From NCBI GenBank assembly GCA_003971905.1, contig RSEE01000025.1:496001-560000 (forward strand): a stretch of DNA of 64,000 nt. Direction: 5' to 3'. Every line of letters begins with the position of its first letter. Positions within the stretch are counted from its first letter, which is position 1. Origin of the DNA: Moniliella sp. 'wahieum' (taxonomy: Eukaryota). Positions 25,117 through 38,325 of this stretch are shown here, in pieces. The notes beneath the pieces were generated by a model. It did no database searches. It was not told the origin of the DNA and saw only the letters and a program-made list of their open reading frames with translations. A program made the position numbers and the translations under genes.

Positions 25117-25622
25117 CGCATGCGGTCGCATTCGCAATGTCAAGGTCACACGCACAGACTGGGTTGGATTCATGAATCCTGGGGTAGGAGTCTGGGGAGA
25201 ATGAAGTTATTAATCTGTTTGCAAGTGGTGAAACGTTCAACACTGGGCGTGACGCGTGACGCGTGAACGTCGCCCAGCGAGCGCTCAGCGCTCAACATCC
25301 TCAACGTGCCGGATTTGGGACGGAAGGAGGGTTCTTACTTATACTCCCGCATTATACTCCCGCAAAGCCAAACGGGGGCCACAACACTGGGGATCATCGA
25401 TCAACGTTAAACGTTAGCCTCGCTGTCCCCCCCATCTTTGTAGCTACCGGGGCGATGCGACCTTGCACAATTGCCGTCCAGTCTTGAAGACGAGAACTAC
25501 TTGTTAGAGCCGGGCCATAAGCTCTCACATGGGATGGGGGTGGGAGCAAGACACACTCTTGGATTTCCTCGACTGTTCATAACATATTGAGCTTTCTTTT
25601 GGCACGGACAAGGCCGTTAACC

Positions 25623-27960
25623 TTAACGCCGGTGCCCCCCCCCCTCACTGGCTCTTTCGTCTAGCTCCACTGCGGTCGAAGAGGGGGCTGGCCAGGGGGT
25701 GGGCCTGGGGGGGTCCAGGCGGCGGTCCAGGCGGAGGCACTGGTACCCCATGGGAGGACGTTGTGAGTAAGTTCCCGGGCCCCTACCCGGCGGTGGGGGG
25801 GGGGGGGGTAGTGATGGGGGAGGTGCACTGCGAGCATAGGGGTTGGGGCTCGGAGCTGCCGGACCCGAGAGTACCGGCCAAGGGGGTACGGAGGAACATG
25901 GGTCCGCGTGCGCCCCCTCTCCCACCGTATCCGCCCCATAGGGGGTGCGGCCGCAGCCGAAGGGGGGTATCCCCTGTGGCCAAGTGAACCGAACTGCGAA
26001 GGCCAGCGTAGGCGGGGGTTCGACCGCCATAGGCTGGGGTCCGTCCTGCTCCCACGGCGGGGGTGCGCCCATCTGGGTAGGTGAGGCCGACGCCATGTAA
26101 AGCGACTTGAAGGCGTTGCAAAGGGAGGGCACGTCGGGACTTTGGGAGGAGCGCACGACAAAAGCGTTGGGAAGCATCTTGACTAGCCACGACGATACTT
26201 CTTTCTCAGCGCGCTCCTTGAAGAACAATTTAACGTAGCCAGGGTGCTTGCGATCAATCGCACATCCATACTGCTACTTGTGAGGGTTGGCTTGGCAGTA
26301 GTTGAAAGGTACTTGTTCAGCTTATCATCCTCGCCTTTGAACTTGTCATGGTGCACCAGTTCCTGTACTTCGCGGAACATAGGATCAATGTGCCCCACAA
26401 TCAGCTCGTCCAACTCCGAGTGCACCTCTTCGCCTACCACGAGAGGCGCCCCCGCACGTACTCATTCTCCTTGTCCAGCTCCTTAACGTCAATGTGCTGG
26501 TACACTGCCAGGTACAACCGCCATGTCACAGCCAAGTGGTCGGTTCCACATGAACTGGGACGGATGATGACTGTGCCATCCGCCTCGTTGGCCAGCATCT
26601 CTTCTGCCTTGCCCGCTTTGACATGGTGGAACCACCAACTCGGCATCAATCGTCGTCCTCCGCGTTTCGCCCCTAAACATTATGAACACACGTCCCCCCT
26701 CAACTATAGCCTCGCCTGGATTCAGCTTGGGAACGCTACCGCTAGCAAGGGAGCAGAGGGGCGACGACTCTTTGGTACGAAGCTCGCGCTTCGGGCATAC
26801 GTCCGGTCCCCTTTCCCGACGAGCCGAGAGGGCCGACTCCCTCTCGGTCCCCGCCCGGCAAGGTTTTCTTCGCTCGGGAGGCCACGCCGTTACACACCGG
26901 CTCACTTTTGGCTCCCTCTTCCAATTGGTTTCTTCGTCCAGCGCAACCCCCAATAGTACAGACGCAATGTCTTGCGGAAGGGCGAGCTGGGTAGTGCGTT
27001 CGGGATAATCAAGCTTACGAATTCCCTCGTCCCGGTCCGTGAGCATCTTGGCCTCTATCTGAGCGGGTTCAAAAACCTATACATGAAAAAAAGCCAGTGG
27101 GCTGCACTTTGGCAATGGAAGCGAAGAGCAAAGTACACACATCCTTGAAGGAGACTCTCGGTAGGTCCTCCTTCAACAACTCGTCATCCTCGGGCTCCGG
27201 AGCCCAGTCGTAATCGTCTCCGCGACCAAATGTTCAGTCTACGCTGCCGTCCCTTCAGCTCTTGATGGCGCGTTTCCCATTCATCCTTGTCTAGCCCTTC
27301 CAAAATCTTCGTCATCATCGATGAAATCGTCCATATATCTGTCATCTTCGTCGACATATGCAACGGGACGAGTGGTGCTATCACGGCGGGAAAAAGTGTT
27401 GAGACCTGCATTGATCGCATCTGCAATGCTCAGATCTTCTTCGTCATCGTCATCGTCATCGTCAAACATGCGAGCCAAGTCAGGGGCGGGACGAGGGCTC
27501 TCTCGTGAGCCACGGCGGAAGCGCTTGAGTTTGTGCTGGTAATAAGGGTTAGCAAAGCGGACCAGGTCCACACGAGAGTGTTTTTTTCAAAAACTTGGCG
27601 TGGATGGCCTCGTGGTCTAAGTCCTCCGCGTCCAGAGATTCATCTTCCTCCTCGCGACCCGTCTTGCGCTTGCGTTCACGGTGACGGTGACGGTGACGAC
27701 GCTCTTCGTGTTCCTCATCCTCATCTTCATCCACAATAAATCCTTCTGCGACCTCACGGGCGGCATATCTTCGTCATCTTCTTCCTCTCGGACGAATCAT
27801 TCGCCTCGGATGAGTCATCCACCTCGGGTGAGTCATCCCCCTCACCCTCAGTAGTGGTGGGGTGGTTGTGGTTAACTTTACCTTCTCCCTCGCTGTCTGA
27901 GAGGAAGGCAGATTTTTGACGCAAATTTTTGGGAGATTTAGCACGCTCCTCGTCCGACAT
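25623..27960 (-). CDS. SPT6: Spt6-like protein: acidic N-terminus plus tandem SH2, central core missing
   Basis: Acidic N-terminus (EEEDESLDAEDLD, KLKRFRR, MDDFIDDDED), FGRGDDYDWA, FEPAQIEAKMLTDRDEGIRKLDYPER, LDEETNW. Within ~300 nt the SH2 motifs follow: IIRPSSCGTDHLAVTW, VYQHIDVKELDKENE, ELDELIVGHI. Pro-rich tail. Confidence 0.8.
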
Positions 27961-28354
27961 GTCGATGGACGGTGTGGAGACGCCAGGCGGGCTCCCCAGG
28001 CCCAAGCGCGCGATGGTGGCCAGGCGGGGCCAAGGTGGAGCCAGGAGGCGTGTCAGACCAGATGATGGATGAACCACACGCGGAATGAATGGCGCCGCGT
28101 CGCAATCCCTATTCCGCCTTGGATTTTTGAAACGTCAACACAAGACCGGTCTTCCTGCATCGCAACGCTTGCTTTGCACACGAGACATAATACGGCGTGA
28201 GAAAAATTAGATCCCACCGCCTCTCTCTGCTTCCCTCCAACTCGACATGATCAACAGAATGTGGCGCTATGGATTGATCATCATGTTCAACGCCAGAGCA
28301 GCTTCTCTCCAAAGAGATAGACGCGCTCAAAAGCTGCTCAACCTGCTTGCTTCG

Positions 28355-28612
28355 AGCTTGAAGTTTGAAGCTTGAAGCTTTTGTAGTTTGAAAAGTATAA
28401 TAAGCGTGGATATACTTAAGACCCCACCCGCCGAAGTCAGTATCTAGGGAGGGGATACGATGGCTCCGTCCCCGGTGGGAAGAGGCGTAGGACTGGCGTA
28501 GCAGTGGCGTAGCAAGTGTGACAAGTGATATTGACGAGTGACTAGCTATGTGACGCGTGACGAGTATAGGATGTATGAGATCGATGATCGATGATCGATG
28601 ATCGATGATCTG
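28355..28612. repeat. 7-bp-period palindromic arrays (TGA-AGCT, TGA-CGCG, (TCGA-TGA)4)
   Basis: agcttgaagtttgaagcttgaagct at 28355-28379; tcgatgatcgatgatcgatgatcgatgatc at 28581-28610. Confidence 0.85.
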
Positions 28613-30454
28613 AGATGCGGAGCCCCGCAATTCAACGGCATCCAATGTCCAACTCACATGTCCACTCCCGCCGGCAGCGGTTTCTCATGGTGTGGCAAAA
28701 GCCAGGTCACCGGTCATGCATCATGGAAGTCTCCTTGTCGGAGCACTGCGTTTCAGTTTGGGCAGAGGCTGAGTGCTGGCTAAGCGCCTGGGCCTTTAAA
28801 AGACTTTACTATAGCTTTACTGGCTTGCACCGGCGAGGTTGTGGGACGTGCAGAAGGGACAAAAAAAGGAGAGCAACGTGTTATGTCAGCGCCATCAAGC
28901 ATGTAGCTGATCACGCATCATCACGCTGTTCTTCTCCGACTTCCCCTATGTTCTGCTCCTGACGGGCTCCTCTCCTGGAATAGTACAACCATATCCTCCT
29001 TTCTTATATTGTGCGTAGGGCGTGTCGTGCGGAGAAGAGCTGGTCGTACGTGCCGCACCGACGATGGAGGGCAAAACGTCTGTGATGCAAATGCACCGGG
29101 CAAAAGACCATAATATCCCCAGAGCTTTTTGGCACAAGGCTCATGTATATGCCATGACATTTAATATTTTACAGGAAACAGACTGTTCAGCCTGAAGGTT
29201 CACGACACGTTCACGTTCAGCCTGGCAGCAAGTCACTCACAAAGGCTGAAAAAGTGCGCCACACAGTGTGCAGTGGCTGTCGTGGAGAGAGGCTGCCAGT
29301 GAGGGCGATGAAAGTGTACACGTTGTACACCCCGATGTAATCACAGCTGAAAACCCAGTCAGCCATCATACATCAGTGCGGCTACGAGTGAGCTGGGATG
29401 ATCGATGAGGACGTCGAGGACGCGAGATGTGCCCCCGCAACCCACGCGATGAGAAAGATACACACGGCAAGAACATAATATGCGGGGTAACCGGTAGAAG
29501 ACCTCCGGCTGAGGACTCGATGAATGCACTGCCCCCAGGGGAGGAGGCTGCGCAAGACGGCTGCGTCTGCAATCTCAGGGCCTCCCGCCCGGCGCGCGTC
29601 ACGCGCTCTCGCACAATGAATGTGCTTTGGAAGCTGGGGAGGCAGCATGGGGGGTGCTCGGGAGCTGTGGTGAGCGGGTGAGGCTGAGCGCCATGCCGTG
29701 CGGAAGCTTCGCTGCGGCTTGGGCCTCGACTGTGGATGGATTCGATCGTGGCAGCGTAGAGGGTGATGCCGTGATGCGTTGACGTCAGCGTCAGCCGTGC
29801 TTACCGGCTGCCCGCTTACCTCTTCCGTCTTAGATCTTAGATCTTACCAGCCGCAGCGCTGGGCAGTGGGCTGCTGCGGGCGTCGGCAGGCGCACATGGA
29901 CACTGGCGAGGTGCTGCGGGGCGTCGCATTCCGCATGCCGCATGCCGGCTGCCAGCACTTAGACGGAGGCTGCCAGTGACTAGTTACTGAGCCAGTAGAG
30001 TGGCCGGGTGCGCGGGGCCGGTGCGCCTGAGACTCAGCGGTCCCGGGGCCTGAGCCGCTGAGCCGCCGTCTGCCGCTGCTCCGCTCCGTCCGCCTCGGCG
30101 CAGATGCAGACGCCCGAGCGCATAGACGGCCGCCGCGGGGGCAGTGTCCGCGTTGGCCGCACTCTCAGATCTCGCCTCTCACCGATCATCTCGGTCTCAC
30201 GCTTGGAGCGAGTGCGACGGAGGGTGGCACGAGCGCTGGGCGGCAGGCTCACCAGGCTGGTGTGGCAGCACTGCTGACTTCCTCTCGCCTCTCGCTGTCT
30301 CCGCCACCATCCACCCGGCCGCCCCCGCACCAGGCCACACCCTGCCGCCTGACGCCTGACGCTCACAACACATCCGCTCCCGACGGTATATACCGCCCCT
30401 CCCCTCTTCATCTATGCGTCTCCTAACCCTCTCCTACCCCTCCCCGTGCCCGCG

Positions 30455-32077
30455 ATGTTCGCGCCCGTTCTTGCCCGCCGCGCCACTGCCTCCGCTGCCC
30501 GTCGCGCCCCCCTGGCCACCCTGCCGCCTTCCTACCGCCTCCTCTCCACTTCTGCGGTCCGCGCCAAGATCAGCAAGGTCTTCGCCAATGCCGAGGAGGC
30601 TGTCAAGGACATCAAGACTGGCTCCGTCGTTGTCGCAGGTGGCTTTGGTCTCTGTGGCTCCCCTTTACGCTGATTGATGCGATTGCCAAGTTCCCCGAAA
30701 AGAAGGATCTCATCATCGTCTCCAACAACTCGGGCCTCGGCGACGAGGGTCTCGGTATGTCCCACCCCTGCCTTCCTTCACGCACACAGCAGCTGACGTT
30801 GAATCCGCCAGGTGCTCTGATTGAGAATGGACAAGTGAACAAGTGTGTTCGTCGTACATTGGCAACAACAAATACTTCGAGAAAAAGTTCCTCCATGGCG
30901 AGGTCGGCCTCGAGCTCACGCCCCAGGGCTCGCTCGCTGAACGCATTCGCGCGCGGTGCGTTTGGCATTCCCGCCTTTTACACTCCTACAGGCTATGGCA
31001 CCTTGGTTCAACACGGTGGTCTGCCCATTCGCTTTGCCAAGCTCGACCCCAACTCCAAGGAACCTCCCAAGGTGATTGAGGAGGCCAAGCCACGTGAGGA
31101 GCGCGAATTCAACGGGAAGAAGTACATTCTTGAGGAGGCCATCAAGGCGGAGTCGGCCTGATCCATGCTTGGAAGGCAGACGAGCAGGGCAACCTCATCT
31201 TCCGCTACACTGCCGGCAATTTCTCTGCGCCGATGGCTAAGAACGCCAAGTTGACCATTGTCGAGGCCGAGGAGATTGTACCCACCGGTTCGCTCGAGCC
31301 CAACTCGATTCACGTGCCGTCCGTCTTTGTGGACCGGATCGTCAAGGCCAAGGAGCCCAAGATGATTGAGAAGATCATGCTCGCCAAGGATCCCAATGCC
31401 AAGACCGAAGTATCGGACAACCAGGCCCGGCGTGAGGTGATTGCCAAGCGCGCTGCCAAGGAGTTCAAGAACGGTGACTATGTCAACCTGGGTGTCGGTC
31501 TCCCCACCTTGGCGCCCAACTTTGTGCCCGAAGGCGTGAGCATTGTGCTGCAATCCGAGAATGGTATCCTTGGTATGGGTCCGTACCCTACCGAGCCTCT
31601 TGTGGATGCGGACATTGTCAATGCCGGCAAGGAGACGGTGCTGCTCAACCCTGGTGCATCTACCTTTGACTCGTCCGAGTCGTTTGGCATGATCCGCGGT
31701 GGTCACATGGACGTGACCATGCTGGGTGCGCTCCAAGTCGGCGCCAATGGCGATCTGGCCAACTACTTTATCCCCGGCAAGGTGGTCAAGGGCATGGGCG
31801 GTGCCATGGACCTTGTCTCCTCCCCGAGGCGACCCGGGTCATTGTTCTTACGGACCATTGCGACAAGTACGGCAACCCCAAGATTGTCGCCAACTGTGAC
31901 TTGCCTCTGACCGGCTCGCGGGTCGCATCGCGCATCATCACCAACTTGGCTGTGTGTTTGACGTCGACCGTACCTCGCCTGAGGGTGGTCTGACCCTGAT
32001 TGAGCTCCAACCGGCGCAACGCTGGAAGAGGTCAAAGCCAAGACCGGAGCCCCTTCAAGGTGGCGCTCAAGGAGTAA
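30455..32077 (+). CDS. OXCT1: Succinyl-CoA:3-ketoacid CoA transferase, mitochondrial precursor
   Basis: Arg-rich presequence [101 protein letters not shown]. Introns and frameshifts present. Confidence 0.93.
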
Positions 32078-35000
32078 AAAACCCACCTCATTCCCCTTTG
32101 CCTTTTGCCTTTTGGGCCGGCGGTTCCGACTCTATCAAACATCCCCGGCCTACTCTGGGGCTTTTACCCCCCTTCGTGCATGACCTTTACCGCCTTGCTC
32201 ATCCCCTTGCCCCTCCCCTCCTACACACACACATGCCTCATCCCACTCTCCTTTTCCCCCAATCAACTGCCTTTGTGATGAATCTGTGCCAATTTTGTGG
32301 GCTTGTTGCCCGCATGCATACCTGTCCCTATCGTTTGTGTGAGATTTGTGTGGTGTCCTATCTCCAGACCCTTCCTTTGTTGTCTTGAGGATTGAATTTC
32401 GCTTGTAGGATTATCGATTACTCTTCTCTCCTCTGCCACAGGCAGGTGTGGCCTTTGGCCTGCTTCTTGGTGCTTGCGCGGCTACTGGTGGCACTTAACG
32501 TTCACGGACGTGGGTATAGTTATTGGCTTGCCTTGATTTTCCTTTCTTATCCGGTCATCCCTCGCGTGCTTGTGTCTTGTGCCTTAGGATCAGTTGGTGG
32601 AAAAGCATGTGGGGGCGCTGCTGCTAACTGAATACTCGTCCAAGTGATCCGCTGGTTCCCTCGACTGCTTTTTTTTCTGTGGTGTGCTTATTCGTCGTGT
32701 CCCGAGCTGTTTGCACCCCTGATACATACAACGACTCCAATTGGGCCTTCAAAATTCACTTTTACCAGTAATAGGGGGAATCGTGGTGGAAGACCCTCGA
32801 CGTGGACTTGATCCCTTCCACATTCATCCTGCCGAAGGGGCGCTGGGGGGGAGGAGTCCAATGTTTGTGGGCAATAGCGCCGCCAACTTCCTGCAGGGGG
32901 CATAACAGTTGCCTTGATTGTATCATTCTTATCATTCTGGGCCTGCCAGCCTGCGCGCAGGATCGGCAGATCAGTATCTACTGCCGTGAGAGCGTTTTGT
33001 GTGGGGGTAGGATAGGAGTGTGTTTTGCGTACTATACTAATATACCACAGATTCATTTTGTGGACCCGGAAACCGATGACCAAAAGTCAGACATATATAG
33101 GCGCCACAGATGTCGTATGATGGCCGAGAGACTGTACACACCACTCCGAGATAGAGGCAGTGTGTTGTGTGTTGGTTCAATGTTTGATGGACCGATGCAT
33201 AACATTGTTGATTCTGGGCATGAAAAGACCTGCCATGCCGCAGCTGTTCAATACCTTGAACACACGGAAGGGACGATGATGAGGAAGGAGGGATATGGGA
33301 GGGTGGGACAGCCAATAATAATGAAGGATTCGCAGTTCACGTGAGTGTGTCCATATGTTTTATCCACGCATTATATGTACTCGCGCTACATTCACACGGG
33401 AGCGCCCAACACAATGGTGTTTTGACCTGATGGCAACGCCATTTCTACCTTTCCCCGGAGCTGGTCATCGCTCCAGAGTGGGCCCGGGCCGTTGGGTGCC
33501 CGGCGACGGACATGTACACGACAGGGGCATCATGAACGAAGTGTGCCCCTGAGTCTCCGGCCTGTAATTCTTCCGCAGCCGGAGACAAGACGAGCGCTCC
33601 GTGCGCAGTGGCTGGCCAAGCGAGTGTACAATAACACGGTCTTGCACAAAGTGTACCCACCCTTGTTGGTCTAGGTGGCGCAGTACCTGTGGTGATCAAG
33701 CAGGTAAGCAGGCGCCCGAGCCCCTGATGTCTTTTGGTGCTCGATATCATGAGAGCACGAGGCGCATCAACTGGTCTTGTCAGTAGCGCCACAAGGCCGA
33801 TGCTGCAGGCAACATTGTGAAAGGGGAGGAGAAAGGGCGTTCACCCTACCGATATATGCCCCCCCCCCGCGGGATTCTAATGCCGGAGCAATGGCGCCAC
33901 AACGAGCAGAACTTCTTGTTTGTCCGCCGACAGATCGAAACAGCAACCCCGAATATGGGTCTCTTCCAATGATGATGAGCCACTCACAGTCCTCAGGTAC
34001 AAGCTTTGGAAGTAACTCAAGACTAACGCCCATGGAAGGAAGAGCTCTCAGGTATTGCACCAGATGGGGAAGAAATGGACACCGCTTACAAGGTGCGGTT
34101 GTCTCCCAACAACGCCGTGGCGCGGGTCGATTACATTCATCCCTGACTGTACCAGCCGCGCAGCGTTCCCAACACACATCTGCACCCCGTCTATATGCAT
34201 AGGAAGAGAGAAAGGCAATACAGAAAAAGTCATGGTGGAGAGAATCGTGATGCTGCGATATAAATCTGAATGCCATGGTTCAATGTTGGGCCGAAGTTGC
34301 TGCTATCATCTATCGTGTGCCCCTTTTGCCTTTTCAAAAACGCTGGGCAGTATGATCCTCTGACCTCCCTATTACACATGCGAGAAGGGCTCTCGAGTGT
34401 TCGATAGCACGTGCATTGCCCGACATAGAAGCTGATCCGTCGGGTGTGATTATACCGTGAGAGGCCACATATATGACACTGTATGGTATCTACGTATGGG
34501 TGCGCCACAAGAAGCCTCTGGTTTTCGGCGGCACAAAAGCATATATCACAACTACAGAGGGTGCCACATGGGATGAGATCGATGAGAGACGGTCGTGCGT
34601 GGGTGGGTGGAGCCTCGGCAAACCTCTGTGAGGGTTCTGGGAGCGTGTGGCATACACGCGTTGACAAAAAAGCGCCGATCCCCGTCTCAACCCGCCGTCA
34701 TCAGGGGTGACTTCGTACTAAGAGGACAAAAGTAGGGTGCAGGAGACATACTATATCCCCCGTGTGCTCAGCGCTCATCGAGCCCTTCCCTCTCTTTTCT
34801 TTCCCAAAGGACGAGGGGGCTGTAGCCTGCTGTAGCCGGAGGCAGGGCGTTATACCACGTCAGGATATCATGGCGGCATGGTTGTGAATGGGACACGCTG
34901 CATAGTGCATAACGGGTGTATAGAGATTAGTACTATAGGTGTGGAGCCGACAGGATCTCCATAGCTTCGATCACCATCGAGATCAAGCTCATGATTGTAG

Positions 35001-36549
35001 CACACACCTGGGCGGTACAAGTGTGGTGGAGAAGCGTGGCGAGTCCATCCGGTCTAGATTCAAAGGGCCACACATTAATAATGACCCTAGTGACCACGCC
35101 CTTGAAGCAGCGTAAATATAGACCCATGGAAGTGTATGATGCGTGGCAACGCTGGTGTGACGAATGTGATGTAGGGACCTATTATAAACTCTATATTCTA
35201 CCGACGAATCCATCACCATGGCTGGGTGGCCACGGTGGAACTTATTCGCGCCCTCTAGTGCCCTCCTTGAGGCCTCTGGTTCTGGGCGCTCGCTGTGGCC
35301 TGGGCCTGACCCTCAGGCTTGGCCTCAAGCCTCAAGCTTTCAAGCCATATAGCGCTAAGCATCTCCTGTGACCACATGATGCATGAGACGCACGAAGAAA
35401 CTGTATAGAGATCAGTCCAATTAAACGTATGTGTAGTGACTATAAGTGAGTACCGATTGCGGGAGCATGGGGTATGTTGGGCATGCTGTATGCTGGGGTC
35501 GGTAGAACCCCCAGATCCTGCGTCGCTCTATCACATTCATGTACTTGACCCAGATGCGCATCGTGGTGTATAAAAAGGGTTTTCTCGTTTTCACCTTAAA
35601 ATCATAGGGACAAAGCAAGAAGCGCAATGGGATCGTTTTCATCAACGTGGTGGGTGGCGCCAATGGTCGGATGGGAGACGTGACAACCCCTTCGGGGACG
35701 TTGCTCCCAGAGCTCATCATATTGTCTGCCCCGCCAAGAAAGGCCAGCGGCACATGTCTTTTTTGATGAGGCGACCATAAAACGGCAGCACCACGGTAAA
35801 CGCCATATCACTTTTCGGGTGTATCATGCATCATCCACATCATGCACCATGCGACATGCGGCGTACATGCCGTGCTGGGACATGGTGTGATTTTATGCAT
35901 GTGATTCACGTATGTGCCACACTTGTGGACCATGCTCGGAGTGGGATGGCAGGGATGGTCGTCAATGAATGAATTAATGATGCGAAGGTCGTTGCGCCTG
36001 ATCAACCAGTGTGGTTCACAAGATGCTGAAGACGTATACACGGAATGGGTACTCTTCAGTGTACTCAGTTGAGTATTGAGACTCAGTACTCACAGTACCA
36101 GTATTCAATTGTGTCGAAGTAATGCAGTTAGGATAGTGTAAAAATGTGGCACGAGACTACAAGCTCGAGAGCTGCGGGGAGACCGCATTACCGATAGAGC
36201 GCAGATAAAAACGTTAAACGTGTTGGATCGGCGAAATGGATAAAAGCTATTGGTGGAAGGCTTGTGCATCTGATGCAATAAGCTGTTCCCCGGAGGGCCC
36301 GAGAAGCAGCTTGTGGTGATGCGGCTTTAGGATGTGGTGGCGTCGAAGAACACACGTATGGAGTAACTAGTAAAGCTTAAAGACTCAGTGCGGTTTTAAC
36401 ATCCAAAAGCATCCCACTGAAGAAGCTGAAGAACGTGCGTGGCGACCGCGCCACAACGCCACGATACCATACCTTACCATATGCACCATGCCTCTAGGCG
36501 GTGGTACCTGGTGTACATTCAACTCGCAACGGATATCAATATCACCACA

Positions 36550-37070
36550 AACGATAATCGATAACCGATCGATATCGATAAACGATAATGAAGCTAAGGT
36601 TGAATCGAAGGGGGCCGAAGGTGTGATGATTGTGCAATGATACGGTGGAAATAATCCTTGGGACTCCGATCATCGATCATGGACCATCCATTATCGATCA
36701 TCGATTATCGATTATCGGTAATTTGTTGTCTCAGATCGCACCAAGCATCTCGTGGATTGACCGGACGGCCGGACTGTCCGACGCAGCTGCAGAGCACACC
36801 ATAACCCTAGTATTGAAATGAGGCATCGAAGCTTAATGATTAATGACCGCTGAGCTTCAGGGAGGCCATTGGAGTCGTCGGGGAGCAAGAGGGACCAGGG
36901 AGCGGTGACGCGTGATGCGTGATGTATGATGTATGATGCATGATGAATGATGATCAGAGTGTGGCTTGTACAAGACTGCGTACGGCCGTTCGCGGGCACG
37001 GGGGGTACAGCAGGAGAGTTGCTATCGGTGGATACTACTCGATTATGGCGATGATCGATGATCGATTATC
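36550..37070. repeat. 7-bp-period palindromic arrays (TCGA, CGCG/TGCA cores)
   Basis: 36666-36721 has eight in-register TNA-TCGA-type units; 36906-36950 tga-cgcg-tga-tgcg-tga-tgta-tga-tgta-tga-tgca-tga-tgaa-tga. Confidence 0.85.
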
Positions 37071-38019
37071 CGTCCGTATTACGAAGCGATCGCTCAAAAT
37101 GGGAATAGCCGACGTTGCTTGCTTAGTCGCTGTATCGCATGTCATGCATCACCTCAAGAGCCAGTTGGTGGGCTGGAACGTGGCGAGATCTGAGATCCGA
37201 GAGGTCGATGAGGCCTTGTCACATGTCATGGGAAGGGTGAATACGATGGAGGGTTTGGAGGACCAAGGATCGGGTGCGGTCTCTTCTCAATATCTCAATG
37301 GTATTCCATACAGGAGGACCCCAACCGGAGGGCGAAGCTCCTGGGGTAGCGTTGTGGTACACATGTGCGCATAATGTAAGTGGTGTGGCATGTGTGGCCC
37401 AGCGTGGATTCTCTTCTCAGCTTCTCTTCAGCGTTCATGAACGATAACGCCGAAGCTTGAAGACACAACGCCTCTTATGTTTACACACTCTCCACACGCA
37501 CCGATAAAGAGAGGTTTGGAGCAAGTGGTGGGTGCAACTTTCTATGTATCATGAAGTGCATGTGAGGAGAGGCAATCGCGGAAATAAAGGACACCATCAA
37601 GAAGAAGCGTTACGCGCGTTGCGAGGTATGAAAAAGTGCTTCCACATTTTGATGCTGTGGGCCGCATGGGGCAGTGCTTTCGCAGCGTTTCTATTATCGT
37701 CGGTATAGTAAATCAAAGAGCGCTGCACATAGCCCCGCTTCCCATCGTTTGCATCGAGCAAAGAGACATCCAATCTGACGAGCGCAACGACCGCACCCAG
37801 AGGCAGGCCATTTCTTGTAGCCTATCCTCAGCCATGCACCACACACTCTTCTGTGTACATATACATGCTGAACGTAAACAATCTGTGGGCAGTGTAGTGA
37901 AGCCAGTAGCGAGGAAAACAAAAGTGGACGAAATACAACTCTGATCAGTATTCTGCAGTGCATCCAGCATATTCAGCAGTCAATATTCAGAGGCTCAGCG
38001 CGCTACGGTACTGCGGGTG

Positions 38020-38325
38020 AGCTCAGTACCACAGTACAAGTACTCAAGCTTCATGAAGTTTCAAGTACATCTGTACTCAGTGACTCATACCACACTTCTT
38101 ATACTCGCGCCAGCCTCAATGTCTTAGATCCTAACGTCGCACGTCACACATCACGCGTCACGCGTCACGCGCGTCACCCTGCAACGATATTCATATTCAG
38201 ATCCGTACGTTCAGTTCAGCACCAACGCGTTCCAGCGCCCAAGCGCCCAAGCTCTCAGATATCACATCTCAAGCTCAGGCTTCAAGCGCTCAGCTCAACC
38301 GCTCAACGTACTGAATGTACTGACA
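38020..38325. repeat. Degenerate 7-bp-period palindromic arrays (GTAC, AGCT, CGCG, GCGC)
   Basis: tcacgcgtcacgcgtcacgcg at 38151-38171; agtactcaagcttca and caagcgctcag nearby. Confidence 0.7.

Noticed and set aside
25339..25364. 13-bp tandem duplication TTATACTCCCGCA x2 (and the 23-bp duplication at 445-490) as transposon footprints
   Set aside because: No associated element ends; simple slippage or assembly duplication explains them equally well.
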